A stretch of 64,000 nucleotides of DNA from Antedon mediterranea (Eukaryota > Animalia > Echinodermata). This document shows, one piece after another, positions 10,152-23,440 of this stretch. The translations under genes were made by a program, and so were the position numbers. Position 1 is the stretch's first letter. Every line of letters starts with the position of its first letter. The DNA lies in assembly GCF_964355755.1 (NCBI RefSeq), contig NC_092672.1:18055237-18119236 (forward strand), read 5' to 3'. Below the pieces are notes generated by a model, which worked only from the letters and a program-made list of their open reading frames with translations, ran no database searches and was not told the DNA's origin.

Positions 10152-11496
10152 CCTGATAGATAATAACAGCAGGATAAAGAACAGATGACTAAATGTTAAA
10201 AATCTAAAGCAGGAAAACTGTACTGTTTTCAAATTAACAATCTGTATATATATATAGTAAATCAGGTACCGTGTTAAAAATAAAACAATTTACATATATC
10301 ATACTTAATTAAATAATTCATAGAATAAATACCAACGCAATTACTAAGTATTCGTTAAAACACTCTCATATTAATAAAAATATATTAATATTCACGATCG
10401 AATATTAAAACATCTCATTACTTATTCATTGGACTGAGATCGCTACGCTTACAAAAACAACGAATTATGATTGGTAGATTAATTCATTAGCGCTATGTTT
10501 ATAAGGAATCTTATTGGTTCATTGCCTGATGACGTCACATACCCTCTAAAATCACAGGATTTGAAAAAAATAGACAGCGGATTGATGTTATGATTTTGTT
10601 CTTATACAAACATATAAAAAAAGCAGTAATCAAAGCTGATTAAACTTGTAGATTTTATTCATTAAAATATACTATAATATCAGACTTCTCAATGAAGGTA
10701 AGCACATTATTTTTAATTTTTATTTATTTATTTATTTATTACCATCTTTATATATTGAAGGAATACCCTTAAAAAATAATGCGGTTATTTAACTAAACGA
10801 AAAAACAAAAGGATAAAAAACTAATAAAATAATTAAATAACTTTTAATATCTTTGAATATCTCAACAAGGACAACGAATTCTAATTTCATTAGCATTATG
10901 CTTATAAGGAATCTTATTGGTTCATTGCCGGATGACGTCACATACCCGCTAAAATCACAGAATTACAAAAAATGACCTGTCCACGCCTCACATGTAAACT
11001 AATTCCATGGAAAGACAGCGAATTGATGTTATGATTCCTTATACAAACATAAAAAACAGTAATCAAAGCTGATTAAACTTGTGGATTTTATTCATTAAAC
11101 TGTACATCAGACTTCTCAATGAAGGTAAGCACATTGTCTTTAATATTTAAATGTAAATATTTATTTAAACATCATGTAATACATGTATTACGTTTAAAAA
11201 TTATACGTAAAACTATCACTCATTTACTAATTATTCATTAAAACACCCCTCATATTAATAAAAATATATTAATATTCATGAATATTAAAACATCTTATTA
11301 CTTCTTCATTGGACTGAGATCGCTAAACAAATTAATTTATTCATTTATTAAAAAATAATACCATTTTAATTATTAAATATTCATAAAACTACCCCCTAAT
11401 TAATTATTCATAAATAGTACACTCATAATTAATATATTAATATTCATTAATTAATTTATGAATTATTCATTGGACTGAACGGGGAACTATACTACT

Positions 11497-12670
11497 TGTG
11501 TTACACAAGCTTCATCCATATACCACGAATGGTCCAAAATATTAGATGGTACGAACCCACCAGTCGTCGATGCTATATTCCTTGATTGGGAAAAAGCATT
11601 TGACCGTGTGAGTCACCCTAAACTATTACGTAAGCTCCACAATTTTGGTCTATGTGGTCCAATTTTGAAATGGATGGGCTCCTTTCTTACTGATCATTGC
11701 CAACAGATTGTCCTAAATGGACTGATATCTGACCGTACGCCTGTTGTTTCAGGTGTACCTCAATGGTCGGTACTTGGCCCATTACTTTTCAACTCGTTCG
11801 TTTTTTACCTCCCTATGTCGATCAACTCTCAAAATATGACAATATGCCGACGATACGGTGGTGTTTAGGTCAATTAGATGTGAATATGATGCGATATTAC
11901 TTCAAAAAGATCTAGATAACATCGATGAATAACATGATGAGACTTAATGCTAAAAAATGCAAAGTTCTCCATATTACTCGCAAACGTAATCCCATTCATG
12001 CTCGTTATCATATTCACACTAATGACCTTCAGGCAGTTACCTCCTACAAATATCTTGGTATTCACTTTGAAAGCAATCTCTCTTGTCAACGCATGTGTCC
12101 GCAATTACCACAAAATATCTCCAAATTGTCGGATTCATAAAGCGTTTAGTGATATTTAACGACCCTGTAGTTTTGATGAGGCTTTTTAACGGTTTATGTA
12201 GGCCCATACTTGAGTATGCTGCCCCTGTTTGGGTGCCTCATCAAAAACAACATATTACTAGCATAAATAAACCTCTTCGAAGGATCACAAAATTGTGTGC
12301 TAAGGGCGATTACGAGCAACGGCTTGAACATGGACCAGAGAGTGTGTTTTCTCAGTATACTTTTTATTATGAAATGTTTGTATGGTCGAATTGATCTTAA
12401 TATTCATGATTTTAATCCAAGATATTCCGAATCAGTTATTTTTAAACACAAATATGCCAGAACCAATTCTTTTAAATATTCATTGTACACTACTTTTCCC
12501 CGTGTATGGCAAGAGATTCCTAATTATATTAGAGAACATTCTTTATTTAGTTTTAACACATTTGTGACAGCTCTCCGGTCTTATGTCAGGCAACTTTAAA
12601 CTTTTTATTTTTTTATCTTTAAACTATCATTTTTATCTGTACATAATATTTATATATATATATATATATT
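11497..12670 (+). mobile_element. CR1/L2-type LINE ORF2, 3' part (RT core and C-terminus, frameshifted)
   Basis: DAIFLDWEKAFDRVSH, SGVPQWSVLGPLLF, YADD, LNAKKCKV, YKYLGI, RPILEYAAPVW. Confidence 0.88.
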
Positions 12671-12753
12671 TTAGATTCAATTTTAATGATTGTTCAATTT
12701 GATGCCTCGCAATTTTTAAATTTTTATATCTTTGTATTTTGAATGTTCAAGTG

Positions 12754-14471
12754 CGGTTCTAGGACACCTACCCCCTAGACAGTTACCCCCCGGATGTTTA
12801 CCACCCGGACAACTACCCCCTTAGGACAACTACCCCCCGGACAACTACCCCCCGGACAACTACCCCCTTAGGACAACTACCCACTTAGGATAACAACCCC
12901 CCGGACAACTACCCCCCGGACAACCACCCCCTTAGGACAACTACCCCCTTAGGATAACTACCCCCCGGGTAACTACCCCCCCGGTCAACTACCCCCCGGT
13001 CAACTACCCCCGGTCAACTACCCCCCCCCCCCCCCCCCCATCCAAAAGTAGACAAATATATAGGACCGGTTTCTGTAAAAATGAAATCATCTGTTTTTAA
13101 CGGGTGTTTCGAAACTAGAGACCCGAGACCAGAGACCTGACACGAGACCCAATACGAAAAGGGAGACCTATATTTGGGTCTCCCTTTTCGTATATTAGGG
13201 TCTCCCTTTTCGTCTAGTGTGGTCTCTCTTTTCGTATAGTGGGGTCTCCCTTTTCTTATAGTGGAGTCTCCCTTTTCTTATAGTGGGTCTCCCTTTTCGT
13301 ATATTTGGGTCTCCCATTTTGTATATTTGGGTCTCCCTTTCGTATAACTGGGTCTCCCTTTTCGTATATTTAGGTCTCCCTTTTCGTATATTAGGGTCTC
13401 CCTTTTCGTATAGTGGGGTCTCCCTTTTCGTATAGTAGGGTCTCCCTTTTCGTACGTGGGTCTCCCTTTTCGTATATTTAGGTCTCCCTTTTCGTATTGG
13501 GTCTCTGGTCTCTGGTCTCGGGTCTCTAGTTTCGAAACACCCGTTTTTAACCGATTATTCTGTTTAACAGCACGCTAGACCCTAGATGCGCTAGATTTAA
13601 AGTACCGTATTTAATGAAAAAACGGCCTGGGCTGTTTATTGTTTAGGTGGTTTTTAGGTGGACATTTATTGGAAGAAAGTTGTTTATTCAATGGGAGGGG
13701 GTATAATCTAATGGAAATAGACGCCGATTATTCCATATGATGTTTCATGGGAGTGACATGGTCACCGTTTATTTGAGGGGAATTTATTTAAAGATCGACG
13801 TTTATTCGGTGAGTGAACATTGAGGTCAAATATCAAAAGTGATATTATTCTTCAAGTGTACAAAAATACATATAATTATGACAAATTTGAGACAAAAATT
13901 AATTCTTTTAAGACCAGTAGTTATCGAAGCATTGTCCTGACGCAAAAATTATTATTATTAGCGAACCCAGTCTTTACAGTAAATACAGGGAGTACTATAT
14001 AATACGTTCGACTATCCTATTATCATGTGTGACAATCTTCAGTTTATACCAGGCTATATTTATGTTCAATCTTTTACTTTTGTTTACAATGGTGAATAGT
14101 AATTCGTCAAAGTAACGAATTAAAATATAGTTATTAATTCCTATTATACACTGTTGCAGAGTCAGGTTGTTGAATGGTCTGGGTGGTTAGGGTGTTCTAA
14201 AGGGATAGTTTTCTGGGTGGTAATTGTCCGGGGGGTAATTGTCCGGAGGGTAATTGTTCCTAGGGGGTAATTGTCCGGGGGGTAGTTGTCCAGGGGGTAG
14301 TTGTCCTAAGGGGGTTGTTGTCCTAAGGGGGTAGTTGTCCGGGGGGTATTTGTCCGGGGGGTAGTTTTCCTAAAGGGGTAGTTGTCCTAAGGGGGTAGTG
14401 GTCCAGGTGGTGGTTGTCCGGGGGGTAGTTGTCCGGGGGGTAAATGTCCAGGGGGTGAATATCCGGATACG
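12754..14471. mobile_element. Foldback-type non-autonomous DNA element with inverted arrays of GGACAACTACCCCC subterminal repeats
   Basis: C-rich array 12760-13040 mirrored by G-rich array 14200-14460; TSD not resolved. Confidence 0.65.
13102..13542. mobile_element. Mutator (MuDR)-type MITE nested in the foldback element
   Basis: TIR GGGTGTTTCGAAACTAGAGACCCGAGACC; 9-bp TSD GTTTTTAAC (13093-13101, 13543-13551); internal GGGTCTCCCTTTTCGTATA repeats. Confidence 0.8.
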
Positions 14472-14966
14472 AAAATTAATGACTGTTCGAATACTAAAAC
14501 ATCCTTAGAATATCTATAATTATCACACACTAAATTAGAAAAAACATTATGACGCCATTCCTGTTTTGAGATGTCACTCAATCGGAGATTACTCTTTTTT
14601 TTTTTTCTCTTTTGTGGCGCAAACACCACTTTTATTCACATTCATATTATCTCATATTACATAAAATCGTATTATTTAACTTGTAAATGTCGTTACAGTT
14701 CATAAGTAACATTTTTACATATATGAATTCTGTATTACTCCTTTTTTCATTAATTTTCGTATATTTTGTTATACACTTGACAGGATCATCATTGTCATCT
14801 ATCCCGTTTTAAAATAGTTCACACATTTTCATTTGTTTGTTTTCATTTTACAACCCGGATTATACAATATATTTATATACATGATAAAAAAAACAATAAT
14901 AACTCAGTACCACCAGTAACCCGTATTACTGTAATTCTTTTTCGGTTAATCGTATCAAATTAGAAA

Positions 14967-17900
14967 TTATATTATCATAATCTTATTTCTTAAAGCTACC
15001 CATTTTTCTATACTTGTTTCTTTATTGTTATATGTTTCACATTCAATGTTATATAACATATTGCTTTTAAATGAATTCCATAAAGATTTACCCACTGGCT
15101 TATTTAGTGCAGATAACATTTTTATTCTATAAATAGTAAATGCTGCAAAAGTGTAAATATAATCTATTAGCTTATCTCCCGTTCCTAGTATTAATTGTTT
15201 AAATGATATATTATTGTGATTTAAACTTACAAAGATACTAAGCATTTTCCTCCAATATTTCTGAATAAATCTACAACTAAAAAACAAATGATTTTCATTT
15301 TCAATTTCTCCACATTTGTCACACGTTTGTGTTTCCTTAACTTTCCACTGATACAGCCGTTTGTTGGTAGGCAGTATTCTATGTAACATCTTATAATTGA
15401 ATTGTGCTAGTTTCTTATCTTTCATTTTACATACTTTCCGTAACCAAGAAGTTTTCCAATCAATGTTGTTATCATTGAAGTACTCTTCCCATTTTAGTTG
15501 TGACATTGGAATAATGAAATATTCTTTCACAAACCATGAGTATATTAGTTTGGTAGTATTAATCTCATACTTGGTCCCAACTAATTCATCATTATCATCA
15601 CAATTGAAAATATCTACCTCCTTAATAATACGTTTCCATTGAATTGGTATTGCCTTAATAATGCACAAATACTCATTTAACCAGTTTGTTTTACATTGTA
15701 GTTTCACCAGTATTTCGTTTGATGTTAAAAAAGTGTTCTTATTAACAATGTCTTTAATACTGATAATGCCACTGTCAATCCAATGCTTGTAGAAAAGCGA
15801 TTTTTTTTTTTAGTTTAACGTAGTGGTTTCCCCACAGTTGCTCATTCATTATATCGTTATAAGTTTCAGGGTTTTTTTTAGAGATTCTGTTATAATTTAT
15901 GTAGGCTTTTATCATATTTTTGTAAAACAGTGGAATTTTATCAGAATTAACATCAATAATGTTATAACATGACATATTAAGTAAAACATTAACATCACAT
16001 ATTTTTTTAATATAATACATTGGAATATTTTTCCATTTAGCACCATCATCATTCATAATTCTTTTTAACCAGCCACACATGAGTGCGTTAACATGAAGAG
16101 TAAAATCAGGCATTTTAATGCCTCCCATCTCAACATCACCAATTAGAGTTTTTCTTTTTATCTTTTCCCTTTTATTGTTCCAAATAAAATTATATATTAG
16201 ATTTGTAACTTGTGTATATACATATTTTGGAACATCAGTGATATTTGCAGCATATGTTAATTTAGATAGTGCAAGAATTTTCAGGATTATTATTCTACCA
16301 AAAATTGAGAGATTTCTAGCATTCCATTGTTTTAAAGTCTTTTCTAGCTCTATTAATTTAACATCCCAGTTTTTTCTGGTACATTCTTCTGTATTATATC
16401 CTACATATATGCCTAAAATTTTGATCGGGTGTTTTACCCAATTTAATTCTAAAGGTCTATCTATTCTGTTCTTCCATTTACCAATCCAAAAAGCATTGGT
16501 TTTTTTTTTTATTTAGTGTCATTCCAGATACTTCACAAAAACGTTCAATTACACTGACTGCTGACTTAATACTTTTGTCATTACCAACATACAAAACAGT
16601 ATCATCGGCTAATTGGCTTATTCTAGCTTCTATGTTATTTTCATTATTTGGAAGTTTAATACCCTTATAGTCATCTTTGTTTCTTATTCTAGATGCCATT
16701 ACTTCAACCACTAAAATGAATAACAGAGCAGATAGAAGACAACCTTGTCTAATACCTCTTTCCATTTTAAAATTGTTTGAAACCCAACCATTGTTAACTG
16801 TGACACATTCAACGTTATTGTATAATACTTTTACCCAGTTACAAAAGAACATTCCAAAGTTAAACTTTTCTAGAACATTGAACATAAAATCTCTACTAAT
16901 AGAGTCAAAAGCCTTCTTAAAATCTACGGTAATTATTGCCCCTTCGATATCATTACACTCTGTATAATAAAGCAGGTCTTCTATTAACCGAATGTTTTCA
17001 CCAGCGAAACGGCCTTTTATATAACCTTTTTGGTCTGAACTTACTATTGATTTAATAACCATTTTAAGTCTGTTACTTAATACATGTGCAAGAATTTTGT
17101 AATCGGTGTTTAAGAGGGTAATGGGACGCCAATTATTCAAATTTTCTCTTTCTCCATCCTTGAACAAAAGGGTGATTACACCTCGTTTTTGCGAAAAGGA
17201 TAATTCTTGAGAATTATAACTTTCATTTAACGCATCGCAAATTAAATGTTTAATATTATTCCAAAAGAACACATAAAATTCAACACTTAGACCATCCGAT
17301 CCAGGTGTTTTATTTTTTTCCATCATTGAAATGGCCTTTTTACATTCATCAATAGTGACGTAACCTTCACAATTTTCTTTTTCTATTTCTGAAAGCTTGT
17401 TTATAGTAGAATTACAAAGGTATTTATTAATTTTTCCAGGGTTTATAACATTTTTTGCGTATAAACCTTCGAAATGTTGTATTTGTTCCTTTAAGATATC
17501 AATTGGGCTCGTTGCTAAGCTCCCATCTTTAGTAATTAAACTTTTTATGTGTTTCTTTTTACTTTTGGATCTTTATAACCCAAGAAAGTATTTTGTATTC
17601 CGCTCGCCTTCCTCTATCCATTTTACTCTGGACCTAATTTGCGCGCCTTTTGCTTCTACATTATAAATGTTTTCAAGCTCTATTTTTTTGTTTTCAATTT
17701 TATTTTCAATGGTTATATCACAATTTTGAGTATTCATAATTGTTTCATTTAAGTTTTTTATTTGTTTTTGTAATTTTTCTTTCTTTTTATTCTGGTTTTT
17801 ATTTTTTTGTTTTCCGTATGCAATTGAAAATTCTTTTATTTTTGTTTTTACAAGCTCCCATAACAAACTTGCACTTACAGGTTCTCTATTATTTTTTAGT

Positions 17901-18730
17901 ATTGAAACATCAATTATTTTAATTACTAATTTTGTAAATGTTTCATCTTTCAGAAAGCTATTGTTGAACATCCATAAACCAGGACCGCGTATTTTTTCAT
18001 GCAAATCTATTTTAATTGATACCGCCTGGTGATCTGTGAGAATGGCTGGACGAATGTCACAGGCTAAAACATCTCCATTTGAAAAGAGATCTTCTGATAT
18101 TAACCAGTAATCCAGCCTACGGAAAATGTTGTTAAATCTCTTACGCCACGTAAATTGTCGCTTATTCATGTTTTTGGATCTCCAAATATCATTTAAATTT
18201 AAATTTTTCATTAGGTTTTTAATCGTAAAAACAGATTTATCAGACCTATTTGCGCTACCTTTTTGGTCAATGTCACTATTCATGATGCAATTCAGATCTC
18301 CACCTAGAATGATAGAATTACCCTTCCCTCCATCAAAGTCATTGTAACATTTGTGTATGGTCCTAAAGAATGCACTTCTATTTTTGCTTTCATTAGGAGC
18401 ATAAATATTTATAATGTCCAATTCCTTTTCATTTATCATTAAATTAAGAAATATATATCTTCCATCAATATCAGTTAACTTTTTAACAATTTTGCATTCA
18501 AGACCTTTTCGTAATAGTATCGACACTCCTCTACTATGTGAATTACCTATACTATGGATCGCTTCACCTTCCCAAACAAAGTTTGATTTATTAATAATCT
18601 CATTTGTTAGATGGGTTTCCTGAAGCAGACATATATCCGCTTTTTGATCTTTTACCCATTGGAATAGCTTATGTTGCTTATTTATATTTCTAGCTCCTCT
18701 AACGTTTAGTGTTATACAATGTAAATTCAT
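14967..18730 (-). pseudogene. Tx1/L1 ORF2 (APE endonuclease, RT, zf-RVT) with one in-frame stop and two homopolymer frameshifts
   Basis: TLNVRG, LQETH, GGDLN, RLDYWL, TDH; KTPGSDG, WRPITLLN, DFKKAFD, QLADD; CDKC...HLFFSC; TAA at 17573-17575; shifts at ~16505 and ~15805. Confidence 0.9.
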
Positions 18731-18795
18731 AAGATTAGAGTAAAGAGCTTCCTAGGGAAATTACAATATTTAGAATACATATTATTAAGATTAAA

Positions 18796-20121
18796 TTACT
18801 TGTTTTTGTTTCTCTTTCTTAAACTTCTTTTTTCAATACTCTTTGTTTTTTCTTCTGTCCTGCCTTCATTTCCGGACTGTTCCTTCAGATCTCTCGCTGC
18901 TTTCTTGTTTGTGCTAACACTTTTACTTTTTTGCATACTTTTTTCAAAGTAGTCAGTTACCTTCTTCTGTTCATGCTCCTCTCTTTCCCCAACTTCCTGC
19001 TCCTCTCTTTCTTCAGCTTTCTGGTACTTTCTTCCCGGTACTTCTTGTTCCTCTCCTTCTTCAACTTCCTCCTCCTCTCTTTCGTCCACTTCCTGCTCTT
19101 CTCTCTGCTCCTCTCTGTCATCATCTTTCTGCTCATTTTGGTTTGTGTGTTGTTCTATAGTGATCACACTTGTTTCTTTCTGCGCATTTTCATCATCTGA
19201 TGATTCACTACTTCCATCAATACTAAACACTTCATCATGTGTTTCTGTATCAGATTGTACCGTAGCTCTTTTCCCGTAGTGGTTATCGTTAGCATTACTA
19301 TTTTTTGGGTTTTCAAAGTTAAAAACCGATTCCCAAACTTTATTAATGTATGCACCAGGTGAACCAGATGATGATACATTATGCGCTTCAACATTACATC
19401 TGTCCCTAGTATGCCCTGGTAAATGACACTTGAAACAGATTATATCAGCTTTGCATTGAAAAGCTAAATGCCCAGTCTTTGTACATTTGTTGCATTTCAC
19501 TTCCTGACCGTCATGAAAAGCCCGTGCTCTAAAACCATTTATTATTATCTGTCTTGGTATAGGCGATTTTAGCTTTTCTACAACGACAGCTCTGTCACCG
19601 TTTAGCCAGCTGGTTAATTGGCCATTAACCCTTATTTTTAGCCTTGTAACATCTCCTATTGGTTTGCATCCTAGCGCTTTCAACTTGCTAGCAATCTCTA
19701 CGTCAGCAACCGATAATGGTATATCCTTTATGACTATTCTCGTTGTTTCCATGTTGTTGTATGCCAAATAAGGATTTTTATCATGAATTGTAATATTACA
19801 ATTCCTAATGTTTAGTCCATTCGTAATTAGTTTCACTCTATCATTTCTATTATTTAGATAAATTCGCCATAGGTTCCGTATTTTTTGAACACCTATTATA
19901 CTTTCTGCAGCAATTATTTTTAGTAGGGCTATACATAGGTCTTCATCTTTGAAAAAGCTTTTTCCTGTTGGTATTTGATCAGCCTTCAAAAAGATTGGCT
20001 TCACTACACTACGTTCTTTGTTTACTGTTTGCCCGTTCATCCTGCTGATTTCGTCACCGTCAGCCTGTGCAGCACTGTACATTCCTTTGTTAGTCCCGTT
20101 TCTATGGGTTTTTGACGCCAT
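18796..20121 (-). CDS. Tx1/L1 ORF1 gag-like protein with two CCHC zinc knuckles
   Basis: 441 aa; CNKCTKTGHLAFQC and CFKCHLPGHTRDRC; acidic C-terminus. Confidence 0.88.
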   Translation of the reverse strand: MASKTHRNGTNKGMYSAAQADGDEISRMNGQTVNKERSVVKPIFLKADQIPTGKSFFKDEDLCIALLKIIAAESIIGVQKIRNLWRIYLNNRNDRVKLITNGLNIRNCNITIHDKNPYLAYNNMETTRIVIKDIPLSVADVEIASKLKALGCKPIGDVTRLKIRVNGQLTSWLNGDRAVVVEKLKSPIPRQIIINGFRARAFHDGQEVKCNKCTKTGHLAFQCKADIICFKCHLPGHTRDRCNVEAHNVSSSGSPGAYINKVWESVFNFENPKNSNANDNHYGKRATVQSDTETHDEVFSIDGSSESSDDENAQKETSVITIEQHTNQNEQKDDDREEQREEQEVDEREEEEVEEGEEQEVPGRKYQKAEEREEQEVGEREEHEQKKVTDYFEKSMQKSKSVSTNKKAARDLKEQSGNEGRTEEKTKSIEKRSLRKRNKNK

Positions 20122-22649
20122 TGTTTGGCTTTCACCGGGCTTAGACGTGAACGATATACAAATTGTTTTTTCCTAGTATTTCTTTCAGGTAAAAACTTCC
20201 ACCTTAACAAAGACTTGGTTTAACTTGACTTATTCACTATATTATACTCACTTAGAAATCAATCGAGATTTAGAAAACGTCAAATTTTAACCGTATTTCA
20301 GGAGCTGTAATAAACTATACCTTGGTTAAGTAAAATCACAACGCCCGGAGATTACTCTTTGCTAACCATTTTTTATTAAAATTATCGAAATCATTTTTTT
20401 TTTGTCTTGTGTGGGGTTGTCCCACTTTTATTATAATTCTGTGTTTTATATGTATATATATATATATATATTATATATATAAAAACAAAGGTACATTTGT
20501 AACAATTAATTATTTGCATGAATATTTCTCTTTCTATTGTATATTACTACGATTTTTACAGTGTTAAAAGTAGTTAAATTGCAGGCATATTTACATAAAA
20601 AGATGATTGATTTCAATATAAAACCATATGCTTTCATTTACAATCTTAAAAAAGATGGTAATTAAAATATAAAGATAAAACATGGTAATAAAATTCTGTG
20701 AACTGTCATTGAAATCGTTCTTATAAAATCTTGTTCATGTTCGGGCAGAGAGGCTATAAACTCAGAGAAGGCGTATAAAATATCATCCCTTTTCACCCAG
20801 ACAAAAAGGATGAGATGAAAAAAGATGAATGCAAAAGTTTGAAAACTAGATAATAAGGATGATAGCATAGGATGATATTTAAATGAAAACCCTAAGCACT
20901 GTGCAAGTCCAAGATGCCAATTTGGCTCTGTGTGCATGTGAGACGCTTCATACCCGATGTCATCTTATTATAATACTACTTCAGTGTACAAAAAAAAACA
21001 ATATTGCATTTTAGAAAATATGAAAAAACACTTCATACAAATTATATTCATGCTATCAATTGTAGCAGAGTTTCTTTTTTTGCACCCCATTTACGTTGTG
21101 TCTTAATTAAGTTACACATAATATGTTCATTTTCTAATAGATTTTTAACTTCAGCAGTGAAAAGAATCCAGATCTTTTTTTTATCATCTTTATCATTTCT
21201 TCCAGCTTTGGATATTATGTGTACCTTGTATATACAGAATAAAAACAGAGAAATCAATTCATTTACAATATTGTTTTTTGTTCCTGTAACAATTTTAAAC
21301 TAAGTAATATTATCTTCAGCTGGAAAGCAAACAGCCAGCACATCTTTAAATTTGTGCCATGTCCATTGAATGGCATTGCATTCAAACAGCATGTGTTGTT
21401 CACTTTCTATCTGATTTATACAATTGTCACATAAATTGTTTTCTGCTAGATTCCATAGTTTTAATCTTTTTTTACACGGTAATATTCGATGTAGGAGTTT
21501 AAAGTTGAATTGAGCAACTTTACTATATGTTTCATCTTGTATACCTTATAATACCATACTTTATTCCAATCTATTTCTACGTTATTTAGCTCACATTCCT
21601 ATTTTTTTTTTGTGAACCTGGTTCACTGGAACAGTTGTTTATAAATATTTATAGTAGATAGATCCTTTAATGTTCGTATGCAACAATGAATCATTATTGC
21701 CTACATCTTGATTATTTGTATTGTCTTTTCTAATAATTTCTTTCCACTCATTTGGTATGGCATTCATAAGCTGTAAATATTCAATTAAATCATTATGTTT
21801 TTTATACAAATTTGAAATTATTTCCCCTGCAGTACATACTCTATCATTTATAAATATATCACCAATTGTTTTATAATCAGAATATAACCATGATTTGAAG
21901 TACAATGATTTATTGTTAGATAATATAAACTTATTTTCCCATAATTGCTGATTTTTTATTTCTATTAAAGTTGTTGGTTTTGGATACACAATATTATTAA
22001 ATTTTACTACAGCATTAATCATGTTCTTGTAGAATGTAGGCATATCTCTCAAGTTAGCATGATCATGTACATTAAGTTTAGTACTTTTTATTGTATATTC
22101 AATTGGGTGAAGGAAATATTTTGGTATGCATTTCCATTTACCTGGATCTGGACCTAACAGTCGCTTGACCCAATTTAGTTTAAGTTATTCAACCACAGAG
22201 CTAACATCTGGCATGTTTAAACCACCTTCTTTAATATTTTTAATTAAGGTTGTTCTCTTTATCTTTTCTCTTCTATTTGTTTAACTATATCTTTTGGAAC
22301 ATCAATTATACTTGCGTTATATATAAACTTACACAAAGCAAGTGTTTTAATAATAGTGATTTTACCAAAAAATGTAAGATTCCTTCTTTTCCATAAGTTT
22401 AATACATTTTCTAGATTGGTAATATTTTTGTCCCAGTTTCTCTTCTCACATAAATGCTTATTGTAACCTACATGGATTCCTAAAAAAGGGTTCACTAGTC
22501 CATGTAATATCTAATGGTCTTGAAACACTATTTTCGTTTTCACCAATCCACATACCATTTGTCTTTTTTCTATTTAATTTTAACCCTGAAACACTACAAA
22601 ATGACTCAATCTCATTCAAGAAATATTTTAAACTACCTTCATCATGTGA

Positions 22650-23440
22650 AACAAGGCCAACAGCCATTAAGTCGCGTGCTACAATGCATAGTGATACCGG
22701 ACCGACAGACCGACAGACAGACCGACAGACCGACAGACAGAGAGACCGACCGACCGACATAGTGAACTATACTGACCGAAATTACTGAACATGTTTAAAA
22801 ATGTTGAAATGTTTAAAAACATTTATTTTTTTAAAATTTACACGTGCGTAGCCTGTCACTTTCGACGTGCTCGTATAACGTAATTTCGAGTTGAAAAGTA
22901 AGTCAAGAAAACAGAAATCGGGCAAAAAGAGTGCGTGATAACATTTAACGCGCAGTGCGCGCGCAAAAATATGCGCACTCATGGCAATTTTGTAAACGCT
23001 TAAAATTGCCTGAAATGTACTCTTATTTCATCGAAAATAAATTTTGAAAATGTTAAGCGCGCGTACGCATGCGTTACATGCGCTACGCACGTAATTGTAT
23101 TGCCATATGATGATTTATGCCCTGAAATTTATGAGTACCAAATTTTATTTAATTGTGATTCATGGTTGTGAAGATATGATTACAAATCGTGCGTAGACCG
23201 CGTAATTTTTTATTGCGCACCGTGAAAACATAACCACATTGATTCCTGGCCATAAGGAATATACTGTGAAAAATTGACCTAGCTAGATTAAACTGATATC
23301 AAGATAAGGTCAGAAAGCGATAAAACGCATAGTGATACCGGACCGACAGACAGACAGACAGACCGACAGACCGACAGACAGACAGACAGACCGACCGACC
23401 GACATAGTGAACTATAGAGTCGCTTCCACGCGACTAAAAA
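22650..23440 (-). mobile_element. Non-autonomous Helentron-like (DINE-1/HINE-type) element, copy 1
   Basis: 5' TTTTTAGTCGCGTG, sub-TIR GTCGCGTG/CACGCGAC, (CTGT/CGGT)n microsatellites, 3' hairpin GGCTGTTGGCC then TTGTT; inserted in a T-run. Confidence 0.72.

Larger units (their letters stand above)
1361..11496. mobile_element. Palindromic non-autonomous Polinton/Maverick derivative (10,136 bp)
   Basis: Termini AGTAGTATAGTTCCCCG / CGGGGAACTATACTACT; TSD TGTGTT at 1355-1360 and 11497-11502; arms 1361-6251 and 6467-11496 are near-perfect reverse complements; integrase and pPolB remnants inside; removing it restores the LINE RT frame. Confidence 0.9.
14598..20345 (-). mobile_element. Full-length Tx1/L1-clade non-LTR retrotransposon (~5.75 kb)
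   Basis: TSD CGGAGATTACTCTTT at 14583-14597 and 20346-20360; poly(A) tail and AATAAA; ORF1 plus EN-RT ORF2. Confidence 0.92.

Noticed and set aside
1361-11496. Palindrome as a pure assembly or chimeric-read artefact
   Set aside because: A TSD is present on both sides, the flanks are different and continue one RT frame, and the arms differ by substitutions and a 140-bp indel; read-level confirmation is still desirable
15397-19394. Short antisense and alternate-frame ORFs over the Tx1 element
   Set aside because: Shadows of ORF1/ORF2 with no recognisable motifs
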